51,077 nucleotides of DNA from Shigella phage ESh4. Below, one piece after another: positions 1-8,326 of the stretch. The stretch is from sequence record ON528718; one strand, 5' to 3'. Position numbers and translations under genes: made by a program. The first letter of the stretch is position 1. Every line of letters begins with the position of its first letter. The notes under the pieces are model-generated. The model was not told the DNA's origin. It did no database searches and was given only the letters and a program-made list of their open reading frames with translations.

Positions 1-56
1 GGAAGGTATGCAAAACGAATGGGTTAGGGATGTTTTACGGATCGGAGAAATGAGCG

Positions 57-251
57 ATGAAGAATTGTTTACGTCAAATGCTAATAGACAAAATATTGAA
101 GTTCTGCGCCGTAAGTTCAATCTCACATGACGAATTCATGCACGCAATGTTAACGCTCATTCATTCTGACATGCGAGCGTTTAACATATCAGAGCATAAT
201 TTGTGTGATGAAGACGGAGTTTTATTGGTTACTGTAAAGCGTATTGAATAA
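57..251 (+). CDS. hypothetical protein (64 aa)
   Basis: Complete ORF with GGAGAAA RBS-like sequence upstream; followed by hairpin terminator at 255-280. Confidence 0.4.
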   Translation: MKNCLRQMLIDKILKFCAVSSISHDEFMHAMLTLIHSDMRAFNISEHNLCDEDGVLLVTVKRIE

Positions 252-254
252 CAA

Positions 255-280
255 AGGAGGCGTTAAGCCTCCTTTTTGTT
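255..280. terminator. bidirectional intrinsic terminator
   Basis: AGGAGGC-GTTAA-GCCTCCT followed by TTTTGTT; between convergent ORF 57-251 and spanin gene. Confidence 0.6.
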
Positions 281-661
281 GCCTTTGCGGTAGGAAAAGT
301 AAAGCATAGTCAAAAGACCACTGAAAATTGCAGCGCAATAGATTATAGGATCGTACCACTTCCTTTGCTCACCCTGCACGACCTGGATTTTATCAGCCTT
401 GATGGTGTTAGCCTGAATGGTTGACGTAGTAAAATCCTTCTTGCTGGAAGTGTCCACCTTATCAACCGCAGATTCCTTTATTGTAGTTTCCTGTTTTGTA
501 CTGGTGTCCTGCTTTGCGGTAACGCCAACGGCCTGCTTTACGTTCTCCGCTCCTGCCTGTGCTGTGATTTCCGGCTTGCTACCGATTAATCCGGTCAGTG
601 GCTTAACGCTTGAACATCCAGACAAAATAACAGCGATCGCGATTATTGATAACTTTCGCAT
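263..661 (-). CDS. unimolecular spanin (u-spanin-like lipoprotein with C-terminal TMD)
   Basis: N-terminal signal with lipobox LSGC, hydrophobic C-terminal segment; sits distal in holin-endolysin-spanin order as in T1 gp11. Confidence 0.55.
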   Translation of the reverse strand: MRKLSIIAIAVILSGCSSVKPLTGLIGSKPEITAQAGAENVKQAVGVTAKQDTSTKQETTIKESAVDKVDTSSKKDFTTSTIQANTIKADKIQVVQGEQRKWYDPIIYCAAIFSGLLTMLYFSYRKGNKKEA

Positions 662-663
662 AA

Positions 664-1152
664 TTACAGATCCTTAATGCAATATTTAAATTCCACCGCG
701 CGGCGGTTGCGCAGTCCTTTAGACGTTTCTTTCTTTCCAGTTTTTGGATTAGTGTATTTGGTCCATCGCCATAACTGATTGCACGCGTCCATATAACGAC
801 CGTTATTAATCAGCTTAAGCATGGTTGAATTTCTAAATGCACCAGTGCCAGCATTGTATGTGAATGAATACATCGCTGCGCGCATTGTATCAGGAATGTC
901 AACCTTTACACGCTTATCAACTTCATCCTTTGCGATCTTTATATGCTTTGCCAGTAGCGCATTGCACTCTCTCTGTGTGTACGTTTTGCCTGGTATTACG
1001 TCAGGTCCAGTTATTCCGGCGCAAACCGTCCATATCCCAGCAATATCTTTGTACGGCTTATGTTTTACTCCTTCTATTTCCTCCAGTAGCGGAGAAGTAA
1101 GGGCAAGAGCAACGCCAAAAGCCGCAGCGGTCACTCTTTGTTTTATACTCAT
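664..1152 (-). CDS. SAR endolysin, GH24 lysozyme family
   Basis: N-terminal weakly hydrophobic Ala/Gly-rich segment ([17 protein letters not shown]) followed by E-x8-D-x5-T catalytic spacing ([19 protein letters not shown]); start overlaps holin stop. Confidence 0.8.
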   Translation of the reverse strand: MSIKQRVTAAAFGVALALTSPLLEEIEGVKHKPYKDIAGIWTVCAGITGPDVIPGKTYTQRECNALLAKHIKIAKDEVDKRVKVDIPDTMRAAMYSFTYNAGTGAFRNSTMLKLINNGRYMDACNQLWRWTKYTNPKTGKKETSKGLRNRRAVEFKYCIKDL

Positions 1153-1367
1153 TATTTACCTCTGATCTCAATAGCTTTCTTAATATCACCGCATTCAAGC
1201 GCGTCACGTAGCGCCTTACTATCACGCCAGCGAAGATAAGCGCCCCACATACCAAATGCAGCCATCAAAACGAAGCTGGCTATTGCGATGGTTGTTTGAC
1301 CAGTTACCGCGCCAGTGATTGACGCGCCGCCAGTTCCGGAAGTTGCAGCGTTTAAAAAATCTTTCAT
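1152..1367 (-). CDS. holin (class III / pinholin-like, 71 aa)
   Basis: Single TMD ([19 protein letters not shown]), charged C-terminus, immediately upstream of the endolysin. Confidence 0.6.
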   Translation of the reverse strand: MKDFLNAATSGTGGASITGAVTGQTTIAIASFVLMAAFGMWGAYLRWRDSKALRDALECGDIKKAIEIRGK

Positions 1368-1440
1368 GATTAGATCTCCTGTAAATAAAAGTCAACAATT
1401 AATTGATTGTATCCTAACCATTGAACGCACAAAAAGGAAT

Positions 1441-1470
1441 AAAAAAAGGGCGAAGCAAAATGCCACGCCC
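1441..1470 (-). terminator. putative intrinsic terminator between early gene and lysis cassette
   Basis: GGGCG...CGCCC stem with A-run on plus strand (T-run on minus) right after phosphoesterase stop. Confidence 0.4.
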
Positions 1471-1513
1471 AATTAAATTGATGATTTATATTTATATTTT
1501 AATGATTAAAAGT

Positions 1514-2632
1514 TCAACCAGCCATTTCTGGATAATGCATAAATCGCCCTACTTCTCCGTATTCTTTATCATAAACAATAACCGCCGCACGGCGACGAGA
1601 ACGCCATCCACCGCGCGCAGCATATGCATCTTTTGCCGCCATAGTGCTATGCACTTCAACAATGCCCAAGCTTGTTTCAGTTACTGTTTGATGATGCCAG
1701 TGCCCTACGTGAGCATACATCATTTTTGAATTGCCGAAGTCTTCGCGCCAGTCTGCAGCGCACATCATTAGCAATGTTTCAGGTTTGCGGATAGTATGCC
1801 CGTGATGGTATGCCAGGAACGTTTTGCCATATTGTGTGTGATGAACTACTCGCGGAGATACATCAACATGCACTCGTGGCTCATTCTCATACGCTGCCGC
1901 CATTGCTGCGCGCAACCAGATCATGCCGCTTTGGTCGTGGTTGCCTTCAATTATCTGAATCTCGACGTTTTTGTGTTTTGATAACAGCTTTGTGATTGCT
2001 CGACGCACTGACCGGATGGCAACATAAACAAGTTTTGCGTATCGACTATCTTGATCCAGTACGTGACCGCTTGCAGGTGTCACCGCTTCAAGTCCGTCAC
2101 TATGCAGCATGTCACCACCAATCAGTAAAACAGCCTTTTCACTATCCGGCGCGCACTGGATTGAATAATCAATGAAATTATTCATTACGCGCTCCGCTGT
2201 TGCTGTATCCCAATTCTCGCCGCATTCATGCTTATGCGCCATTGCGCCCAAATGCATGTCAAAGATCGGATACAGTGATAACGTCTCGCTATAATCATTT
2301 TTTGATTCTGGTTGCGGATCAAGTCGCGGAACTTCTTCGCTAAATGCATCCATGGCGGCTTGCATTAATGCTTCTAACTGTTCGCGGTCCTTGCTTGTCT
2401 TAATCCATGTCATAACCACATTGCCATCTTGATCAATTAGCTTTGATTCTCCAGTAACACCAAAACCAGGTGATCCGATGGTTGTAACTTTACCTTGCTT
2501 TGCTAAGCGTGCCGCGCGGCGCTCAATGCTGCGAACGTTCATACCATACTCATTAGCGATCTGCTTATATGTCTTTCCCTGCTTGCGCTCATTGATAAAT
2601 TGTTCATCTGTGATTTTGATTTGCTTCATCAA
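1514..2632 (-). CDS. HTH domain fused to calcineurin-like metallophosphoesterase
   Basis: N-terminal HTH-like segment (YKQIANEYGMNVRSIERRAARL); metallophosphatase motifs GGDMLHSD, GNHD and multiple His clusters (GHWHH). Confidence 0.7.
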   Translation of the reverse strand: MMKQIKITDEQFINERKQGKTYKQIANEYGMNVRSIERRAARLAKQGKVTTIGSPGFGVTGESKLIDQDGNVVMTWIKTSKDREQLEALMQAAMDAFSEEVPRLDPQPESKNDYSETLSLYPIFDMHLGAMAHKHECGENWDTATAERVMNNFIDYSIQCAPDSEKAVLLIGGDMLHSDGLEAVTPASGHVLDQDSRYAKLVYVAIRSVRRAITKLLSKHKNVEIQIIEGNHDQSGMIWLRAAMAAAYENEPRVHVDVSPRVVHHTQYGKTFLAYHHGHTIRKPETLLMMCAADWREDFGNSKMMYAHVGHWHHQTVTETSLGIVEVHSTMAAKDAYAARGGWRSRRRAAVIVYDKEYGEVGRFMHYPEMAG

Positions 2633-2727
2633 AAATTCTCCTTATCTCATTATGACAACATATACAATAGAGATCGCCATCATAACAGGTAAGGGCAAAA
2701 GTAACAAACGCCACATGATAATAATCC

Positions 2728-2970
2728 TCATTTGTAGTATTTGCGCGGCTCGCGAATTTTCGCCATAGCCTCTTTGAAATCAATCTTTGTTGGTATTGCT
2801 GGTACGCGATGCATCTTGCGCGGTCGTTCATTGAGAAATGTCATTTTGTCGCCGCTTATAATGCTTATGTCAGCAATATCAAAATATTTTGCTATCCTGG
2901 CTATGTCTTCAGAGATCCCGCATTCCTTTGCGTGATCCCATACGGCCTGCCGACCTTGTTCAACCTTCAT
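2728..2970 (-). CDS. hypothetical protein (80 aa; track ORF 2728-3018 trimmed to ATG)
   Basis: Track ORF begins at TTG; in-frame ATG (MKVEQG...) at 2970 overlaps stop of upstream small ORF (ATGA-type coupling). Confidence 0.45.
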   Translation of the reverse strand: MKVEQGRQAVWDHAKECGISEDIARIAKYFDIADISIISGDKMTFLNERPRKMHRVPAIPTKIDFKEAMAKIREPRKYYK

Positions 2971-2998
2971 GCTTATAATATGCCTCCGCTGTTTCAAT

Positions 2999-3139
2999 TG
3001 GCGCGTGACCATATGCAACCTTAAGCAAGGTCATTGCTGCAGACCAATCAAACTGATATCCGTTAACTGAACCGCCAGCAACAGATTCGCGTGAAACTTC
3101 TTGAGCAATTTTAAAAGCGCGTGGATCGTAAACAACCAT
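2999..3139 (-). CDS. small hypothetical protein (46 aa, below track size cutoff)
   Basis: ATG at 3139 preceded by GAGGAAAACAA RBS and by promoter-like unit 3172-3218; reads MVVYDPRAFKIAQEVS... Confidence 0.45.
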
Positions 3140-3171
3140 TTTGTTTTCCTCTTGTTCGTTTTGATGAAATA

Positions 3172-3218
3172 ATTATGCCCGACACAAGGCCGGGCGTTTT
3201 AACAAAAAGTGCTATTTT
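3172..3218 (-). promoter_or_regulatory. conserved promoter-like unit (22-bp element + hairpin spacer + CATAAT)
   Basis: Sense: AAATAGCACTTTTTGTTAAAAC-GCCCGGCCTTGTGTCGGG-CATAAT; 22 bp between TTGTTA and CATAAT; stop TAG of upstream ORF lies inside element. Confidence 0.55.
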
Positions 3219-3451
3219 GACGCTAATTCGTAAAACTCTTGCAAGTCTTTACCGATCTGCTCATGCCATTTTTCAAGCGGTAGTTTTCTTGTTTCCTCAA
3301 AACTCATATCTAATGCGCTTGAAAATTCCCACGGATCGCAATCAATCATCTTTTTCACGTTAGGGTTTTTATCAAGTGCATCGCATACCATAGCGCGATA
3401 CAAAAGAAATTCGCCATATTCATTAAGTAAAACTCTTCTTTCTTTCTGCAT
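3212..3451 (-). CDS. hypothetical protein (79 aa)
   Basis: ORF track; stop codon TAG embedded in conserved element AAATAGCAC. Confidence 0.5.
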   Translation of the reverse strand: MQKERRVLLNEYGEFLLYRAMVCDALDKNPNVKKMIDCDPWEFSSALDMSFEETRKLPLEKWHEQIGKDLQEFYELASK

Positions 3452-3455
3452 GGTT

Positions 3456-4157
3456 TTAGCTCCGTTTCCTTGCGCGACGGCCTTTGACAGAAGGGCACAT
3501 ATCGCTTATTTTCACGTAATGCGTTTGCTGTTGCTCTCCGCCTTTCAGTTGGCGCATAACAAAAATAACGCTTCCTTTATTGTTGCCTTGTACGGACTCA
3601 CCAGTCAGGCCAGAAATGAAGGCAAGTCGTCCGGTGCGGGAGCATTCCACACCTCCTTCCTCGTACACCTCGCCAGTGATCCAGATGATTTCCGCAGCGT
3701 GCTTTTGCGCTTCGTAAAACCAGGCTGTCGAGTTGTCCGCTGGCAACAAAATATCAATCTGGTTGTTGTGTTCCATTTGCTCAATCGCCTTCTTAACAAA
3801 TGGCGTAATATTGCTGTACGGTGGATTCAGCCATATATGCTTATTACTACCCCACCAACGCTTTAGGCAGTTGGTTTCCTTGCTATAAAACTTCTCGCAA
3901 ACTGCGTTTTCTGCTGATGCTGCCGCGTCGAGATCGTATTTCCCATATCGTCCAGACATCCACGCAACAACCTCCGGCGGCGATTGCCACAAATCGCGCA
4001 CAATGTCCGGCGTATTGCTGCCGTTATAGCGGTTGCCAGTCACTTTGAAATATTGATTTGGTTTAACAGCCTGATAATGACCACCAGTAGCAAGAGCATT
4101 ACCAATGAATGTTTCGCGTTCTATTTGTTCAAATGTCACTTCAGTTTCTTTGCTCAT
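3456..4157 (-). CDS. dam: DNA N6-adenine methyltransferase (Dam-like)
   Basis: NPPY catalytic motif (WLNPPYSN), DLDAAAS SAM-binding-like motif; typical phage Dam size. Confidence 0.8.
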   Translation of the reverse strand: MSKETEVTFEQIERETFIGNALATGGHYQAVKPNQYFKVTGNRYNGSNTPDIVRDLWQSPPEVVAWMSGRYGKYDLDAAASAENAVCEKFYSKETNCLKRWWGSNKHIWLNPPYSNITPFVKKAIEQMEHNNQIDILLPADNSTAWFYEAQKHAAEIIWITGEVYEEGGVECSRTGRLAFISGLTGESVQGNNKGSVIFVMRQLKGGEQQQTHYVKISDMCPSVKGRRARKRS

Positions 4158-4191
4158 TTCTTAATTACCTGTTGCTTGTTGAACTGGTGTT

Positions 4192-4237
4192 ATTATGGCG
4201 CAATCCTTCGCGCCTGTTTTAACAAAAAGTGCTATTT
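4192..4237 (-). promoter_or_regulatory. conserved promoter-like unit
   Basis: Sense: AAATAGCACTTTTTGTTAAAAC-AGGCGCGAAGGATTGCGC-CATAAT, hairpin GGCGC/GCGCC in spacer; 35 nt upstream of Dam start. Confidence 0.55.
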
Positions 4238-4651
4238 CATCATGTATTCTACCGCGATCATGAATTGCTTATATCCGTATGTTACGGCAGCGAATCCGCC
4301 AAGCTCACGCACACGACGCAAGAAGGCTTTTTGCTCCTTGCTTACTTGTGATGCCTTACCCTTGCCGGACTTATTGACGCGCTTCATCTCTATTGCCGCG
4401 AAAGGGTAACGGCCTTTTAATCCAATCAGGATGATAAAATCACTTACGCCCTTAACAAGCCCAGCTTGCTGATCCATCATTGCGGTGGCGATCCCCTTTT
4501 CCCCCTCATTTTTAGTATGCCATGCCAGCAATTCAGGATGAGCATAAGTTACCCATTGAAACGCGCCTATCTGATGCGATTCTTCTTTTAGTGTATCTGT
4601 CGGATCTCTTTCGTAAAACTCCAGATAATCGCCTTTATCAGTCATTGCCAT
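4232..4651 (-). CDS. VRR-NUC domain nuclease
   Basis: VRR-NUC-like core (SDFIILIGLKGRYPFAAIEMKRV...GKASQVSKEQKAFL); start moved to ATG at 4651 with AAGGA RBS to avoid 47-nt overlap with helicase. Confidence 0.65.
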   Translation of the reverse strand: MAMTDKGDYLEFYERDPTDTLKEESHQIGAFQWVTYAHPELLAWHTKNEGEKGIATAMMDQQAGLVKGVSDFIILIGLKGRYPFAAIEMKRVNKSGKGKASQVSKEQKAFLRRVRELGGFAAVTYGYKQFMIAVEYMMK

Positions 4652-6677
4652 AATTAAATTCCTTCTTGTACAAATTATCTTCACCCTTGCTAGTCTTGCG
4701 GTGAGTTACACGCGATGGTGGCATGATGTGATTCACATATTGCATGATTTTACGTGCATTACGATAGCTCGCCACCATGCCAGCAACACGGCGATCTGGT
4801 ATGTGCTTAAGAGCAACGCTTCGCCATTTTGCGCGGCAAATTTGGCTCTCAGATTCAGGGAAAAATATCTCTCTCGCCCTGAAAGTGTCTATGCCATCGG
4901 AAAGCTCATAATTAAATATTATCCCTTTCTGGTTTTTCGTCATGTCAACCGAGAAAGATTGCACCTGAAACCAGTCGTTTTTTGTGTAGTGCTTTCCGCT
5001 TAACTTCTCGTTAGGGTCAATCAATGACATGTCGCAATGTCTGCATACCCTGGCCGCAATATCATTTTTCGTTCCACAACCGCGCTGAATAATCTTTTTA
5101 GTGCGCGGGTCAATCTGATCATCGCATGTCCTGAATTTAAAGAACCACTCGCATCTGTTGCCGTTTTCGTCTACGTGCATACAGCGACGAGCATAATAGC
5201 TATTAAGAGTTCCGCAAATAGGGCAAGGCTTCGGATCTTTACCATTTCTGAATCGCTTCTGATGCTGCGCCTGTTCAAGTATCGGATCAAAATAAAGCTC
5301 GCCTAACTCATCCATCGTTCCTGAAAAATCCATTACGAGGTGATCATCTTTCTTGAATCCTTGCTCCTTATGCCACTTCTTAAGCAGTCGCATTCCACGC
5401 CCTAAAAGCTGAATCAGCAAAGTTAGCGATCCAATCTTACGCAGAATAACAGACGTATCCCAAAACGGCACGTTAACGCCAGTAGTTAGCGCCTGAACCT
5501 GGAAGATGTATTTTACCTTCCCTTCGTATGCTTCCCTCAACCACTCCTTGCGCTGATTGTCGCCAGTCTTACCAGTAATGATCCTGTAAGTAGTTCCAGG
5601 TGGCAACGCTGCCGCTGCCTCTTTGCAATGCCTTTCTCCTGCACATGTCACAAGTACGCCGTTGCGGTTTTTACAGATCTCGTGAACTTTCGCCATGATG
5701 CGCTTTGTCATGGTCGCTTCTTCATGAATTTTTTGTTCCATCCTGCGAAGCGTTTTAGCGTCAAAGTCTGCAACGCCATCCTCACTGGATGCCTCAAACT
5801 CTGAAAGGTCATACCCTAGATCGCCAACGTCGCCAAAATTTGTTGGCACAACAGAACCGAATTTGATCAGGTAGTTGGTGTCAATATTAGTAACCTGTTC
5901 ACGCCAGAATCCTTTCTGTTTTTTGTCTTCTACCAGGATCGGGACTACGCCGCGAAACTCCGATCCAGTCATGCCAAATATGCGCAGTTCATGGCCATAT
6001 GCTTTCCTGCATCGGCGCATCATTTCCATGATAATGACAGTGTATTGTGTGCGGCCTGTTCCCTCCATTGGCAAGCCATCCTCACCAATCAGGAACTCTT
6101 CGCATTCGTTATCGCTCGTTATGTCATAATCTGGATTTGGTACTTTTTCGCCTTTCTTCGTCGTCATTTGTAAAAATGATTCGTCTTTCTCTATTGCGTC
6201 GGCAAGGTCTTCCCAATCCACCTGGTGACACTCGTCAATCCCGATAACGTGCGGAACATAGTCGCCAAGCGCTTTAAACAGTCCATTAACTACAGTTCCC
6301 TCAGAACCAACAACTATCGGAAAGTATGCGCTTTTTGTCTTCAGTCCTGCGCAATAGATGGAGTTCGGCACGCCAAGATTTGTTATCTCTTCAGAATCCT
6401 GATCCACAATCTCAGCCTGGCGAGCAAGGACCATCATTTTTAATCCCATTTTCCGGCACTGGTGAGCAACCATTGCAAACATCAATGTTTTGCCAGCCGA
6501 TACGGACGCTTTAACAAAGAATGGATGCTCATAATTTTTCATACGTTTTGCGATCTCAGCGTATGCAACGCACTGGTAATGGTAAGGCACAATCTCGCCA
6601 ACAGTGAATCGCTCCTGAATGGATTTAATTACCGCTTCACCAAGTGCTGATATTTGCTTTTCAATGTTTGGAATCAT
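4638..6677 (-). CDS. SF2 DNA helicase with C-terminal zinc-ribbon
   Basis: Walker A (SVSAGKT), DExH box (IGIDECHQV), C-terminal Cys clusters (CPICG...C..C); start set at ATG 6677 (MIPNIEK) with AAAGG RBS, track start 6701. Confidence 0.8.
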   Translation of the reverse strand: MIPNIEKQISALGEAVIKSIQERFTVGEIVPYHYQCVAYAEIAKRMKNYEHPFFVKASVSAGKTLMFAMVAHQCRKMGLKMMVLARQAEIVDQDSEEITNLGVPNSIYCAGLKTKSAYFPIVVGSEGTVVNGLFKALGDYVPHVIGIDECHQVDWEDLADAIEKDESFLQMTTKKGEKVPNPDYDITSDNECEEFLIGEDGLPMEGTGRTQYTVIIMEMMRRCRKAYGHELRIFGMTGSEFRGVVPILVEDKKQKGFWREQVTNIDTNYLIKFGSVVPTNFGDVGDLGYDLSEFEASSEDGVADFDAKTLRRMEQKIHEEATMTKRIMAKVHEICKNRNGVLVTCAGERHCKEAAAALPPGTTYRIITGKTGDNQRKEWLREAYEGKVKYIFQVQALTTGVNVPFWDTSVILRKIGSLTLLIQLLGRGMRLLKKWHKEQGFKKDDHLVMDFSGTMDELGELYFDPILEQAQHQKRFRNGKDPKPCPICGTLNSYYARRCMHVDENGNRCEWFFKFRTCDDQIDPRTKKIIQRGCGTKNDIAARVCRHCDMSLIDPNEKLSGKHYTKNDWFQVQSFSVDMTKNQKGIIFNYELSDGIDTFRAREIFFPESESQICRAKWRSVALKHIPDRRVAGMVASYRNARKIMQYVNHIMPPSRVTHRKTSKGEDNLYKKEFNYGND

Positions 6678-6687
6678 TCTAAAACCT

Positions 6688-6715
6688 TTGAGTAATGCCA
6701 TTTAGCGTGTATAAT
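6688..6715 (+). promoter_or_regulatory. sigma70-like promoter for rightward block
   Basis: TTGAGT-16bp-TATAAT upstream of ORF 6767. Confidence 0.4.
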
Positions 6716-6755
6716 ACACAATCATTAAATCATCGTTTAACAAAAAATGCTATTG
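6711..6755 (-). promoter_or_regulatory. conserved promoter-like unit (helicase)
   Basis: Sense: AATAGCATTTTTTGTTAAAC + 21 bp + TATTAT; divergent with 6688-6715. Confidence 0.5.
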
Positions 6756-6766
6756 GAGAATGAATA

Positions 6767-7240
6767 ATGAAAGAAAAGCGGATCGCGGTATCAACTGGCA
6801 AGATTGACAAACGCACAATCAATGGCAATAACGGAACTCGACGTGGTAAAGATAAGAAAAAGCGAAAGCGCCCTACAGGATACTATGTTTTAAAAGATGA
6901 AGTGCGCGCCGGGCTAAAAGCGCGACTTGATATCCTTATTGAGTATTACGGAAGTGTGTCAGCAATGGCAAAACGTCTTAACGTTAGCCAGCAAACTGTA
7001 AATCAGTGGCGTGTTCGCGGTATGATTTCAGCCGCTGGCGCTCAAAAGGTGCATAACGATTACAAAAAATATGGCTGCCAAGGCTATCGCGCGTCATTCT
7101 GCCGTCCAGATCTGCGATTTGATTCCAATGGTAAACCGCTCACAAAGAGATGTGATAAGCGTGAAATGTTGCGAGTGGTAAGAATGTCAGATTATGAACC
7201 TAGCGGATTCCTGTATAAACCTGAAAGCACTAATTGCTAA
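6767..7240 (+). CDS. HTH DNA-binding protein (Cro/YdaS-like motif)
   Basis: MAKRLNVSQQTVNQWRVRGMIS helix-turn-helix signature; basic N-terminus; GGAGAA RBS. Confidence 0.55.
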   Translation: MKEKRIAVSTGKIDKRTINGNNGTRRGKDKKKRKRPTGYYVLKDEVRAGLKARLDILIEYYGSVSAMAKRLNVSQQTVNQWRVRGMISAAGAQKVHNDYKKYGCQGYRASFCRPDLRFDSNGKPLTKRCDKREMLRVVRMSDYEPSGFLYKPESTNC

Positions 7241-7295
7241 AAACAATGCCTGGCATGATGTTATCATCTGTCAGGCTTTTTTGCTTGAGGTGTAT

Positions 7296-8228
7296 ATGAA
7301 TAACGAAAACTTTATGGTTTATCAAAAGGAAGATGTTCTCCCATATATGCAAGGATTGTGGCGTGAGGCGCTACAAAGTATTTGCGGTCTTCCAAATGAA
7401 GTTTTTAACGGCAAGCATCAATCTTGCCCCCACTGCGGCGGAAAGGATCGCTTCAGATGGACGGATAAACTTGGCGATAAAAAAGGCGATGGCGGTGCGA
7501 TCTGCAACGTGTGCGGTAATGATACCGGAATTGGTTGGATCATGAAGCTAACAGGAGAACCTTACAGCGAAGTGATCAATATTTTGGGCCGTTTTCTTGG
7601 AAAAGTTCCTCAGGACTATAGAATCAAGGCAAATAAGCGAGTATCTCGTGATTCTGGTTATTCGTTTGGGAAACAGGCAAGCCATGAATGCTGCGAGCGC
7701 GTTATGTCAAAAACGCTAAAATTTGATCGCACGCCGTTAAGCACCTATGAAGGGATATATCCTCCTGAAGATGGTCATTATGAATGCGGCGTTAAAGATG
7801 GTCGATACATTCACGCGTTACCATGTTACCTGGTGCATTCCGATGATATTGATGATGAAATGTGCAATGTGCTTTTCATTGATGAAGAAGGTAAACAGTC
7901 TTTTCTCGCAAAGGACTACACGCGCGGGTCTGTTGTGAGAACAGGAAGCACCGATAAGACGATCTATCTTTGCGTTGACTGGATTGATGCGCAACACATT
8001 CACCTTGCAACTGGTCAGGAGGTTTGGGCCTGTTTTGATGCAACTAACATTGAGATTGTGGCTTACAGGTATAAAGGCAACAGAAGAATGCGAGTTGTCT
8101 GTAAGAGCACAGATCGTGACGCGATCATTGCTGCTGAGGAAAGAGGACTTGAAATTATGATGCCGATTAATGATAATTACAGGCAAGGGATAGAGAGGAA
8201 TGTTTACAAACCTGAATCTCTTCTCTAA
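7296..8228 (+). CDS. DNA primase (zinc-ribbon, P4-type primase family)
   Basis: CPHCGGKDRFRWTD...CNVCG zinc-ribbon typical of phage primases; start at ATG 7296 with GAGGTG RBS (track start 7194 overlaps previous gene). Confidence 0.7.
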   Translation: MNNENFMVYQKEDVLPYMQGLWREALQSICGLPNEVFNGKHQSCPHCGGKDRFRWTDKLGDKKGDGGAICNVCGNDTGIGWIMKLTGEPYSEVINILGRFLGKVPQDYRIKANKRVSRDSGYSFGKQASHECCERVMSKTLKFDRTPLSTYEGIYPPEDGHYECGVKDGRYIHALPCYLVHSDDIDDEMCNVLFIDEEGKQSFLAKDYTRGSVVRTGSTDKTIYLCVDWIDAQHIHLATGQEVWACFDATNIEIVAYRYKGNRRMRVVCKSTDRDAIIAAEERGLEIMMPINDNYRQGIERNVYKPESLL

Positions 8229-8243
8229 ATGTCACTGCTACTT

Positions 8244-8268
8244 TGCCCCGCATTGCGGGGTTTTTTTT
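8244..8268 (+). terminator. rho-independent terminator after primase
   Basis: CCCCGC-ATT-GCGGGG hairpin followed by nine T. Confidence 0.75.
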
Positions 8269-8326
8269 TGCCTTAGCAAATGCTATTATCTGCATTGACA
8301 TTAACATGCAACACGGGAGAAACCGC

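Noticed and set aside
417-1165. Plus-strand track ORFs antisense to lysis genes (417-677, 821-1165, 864-1100) and similar antisense ORFs inside J, tape measure, helicase, portal and TerL
   Set aside because: They lie entirely within well-supported genes on the opposite strand, lack RBS signals and have low-complexity or Cys/Ser/Leu-biased composition typical of antisense frames.
3196-3218. Reading the conserved element TAGCAC-N-TTGTT/TTGCT as a sigma54 (-24/-12) promoter
   Set aside because: The -24 GG dinucleotide is AG in every copy and the spacing between the GC-like blocks is 2 bp shorter than the strict sigma54 spacing; the consistent -10-like hexamer 21-22 bp downstream fits a sigma70-type architecture better.
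8243-8326. Track start of the tail fibre ORF at 8243
   Set aside because: The first 84 nt encode the intrinsic terminator of the primase gene (8244-8268); the ATG at 8327 has a proper RBS, so the upstream extension is not coding.
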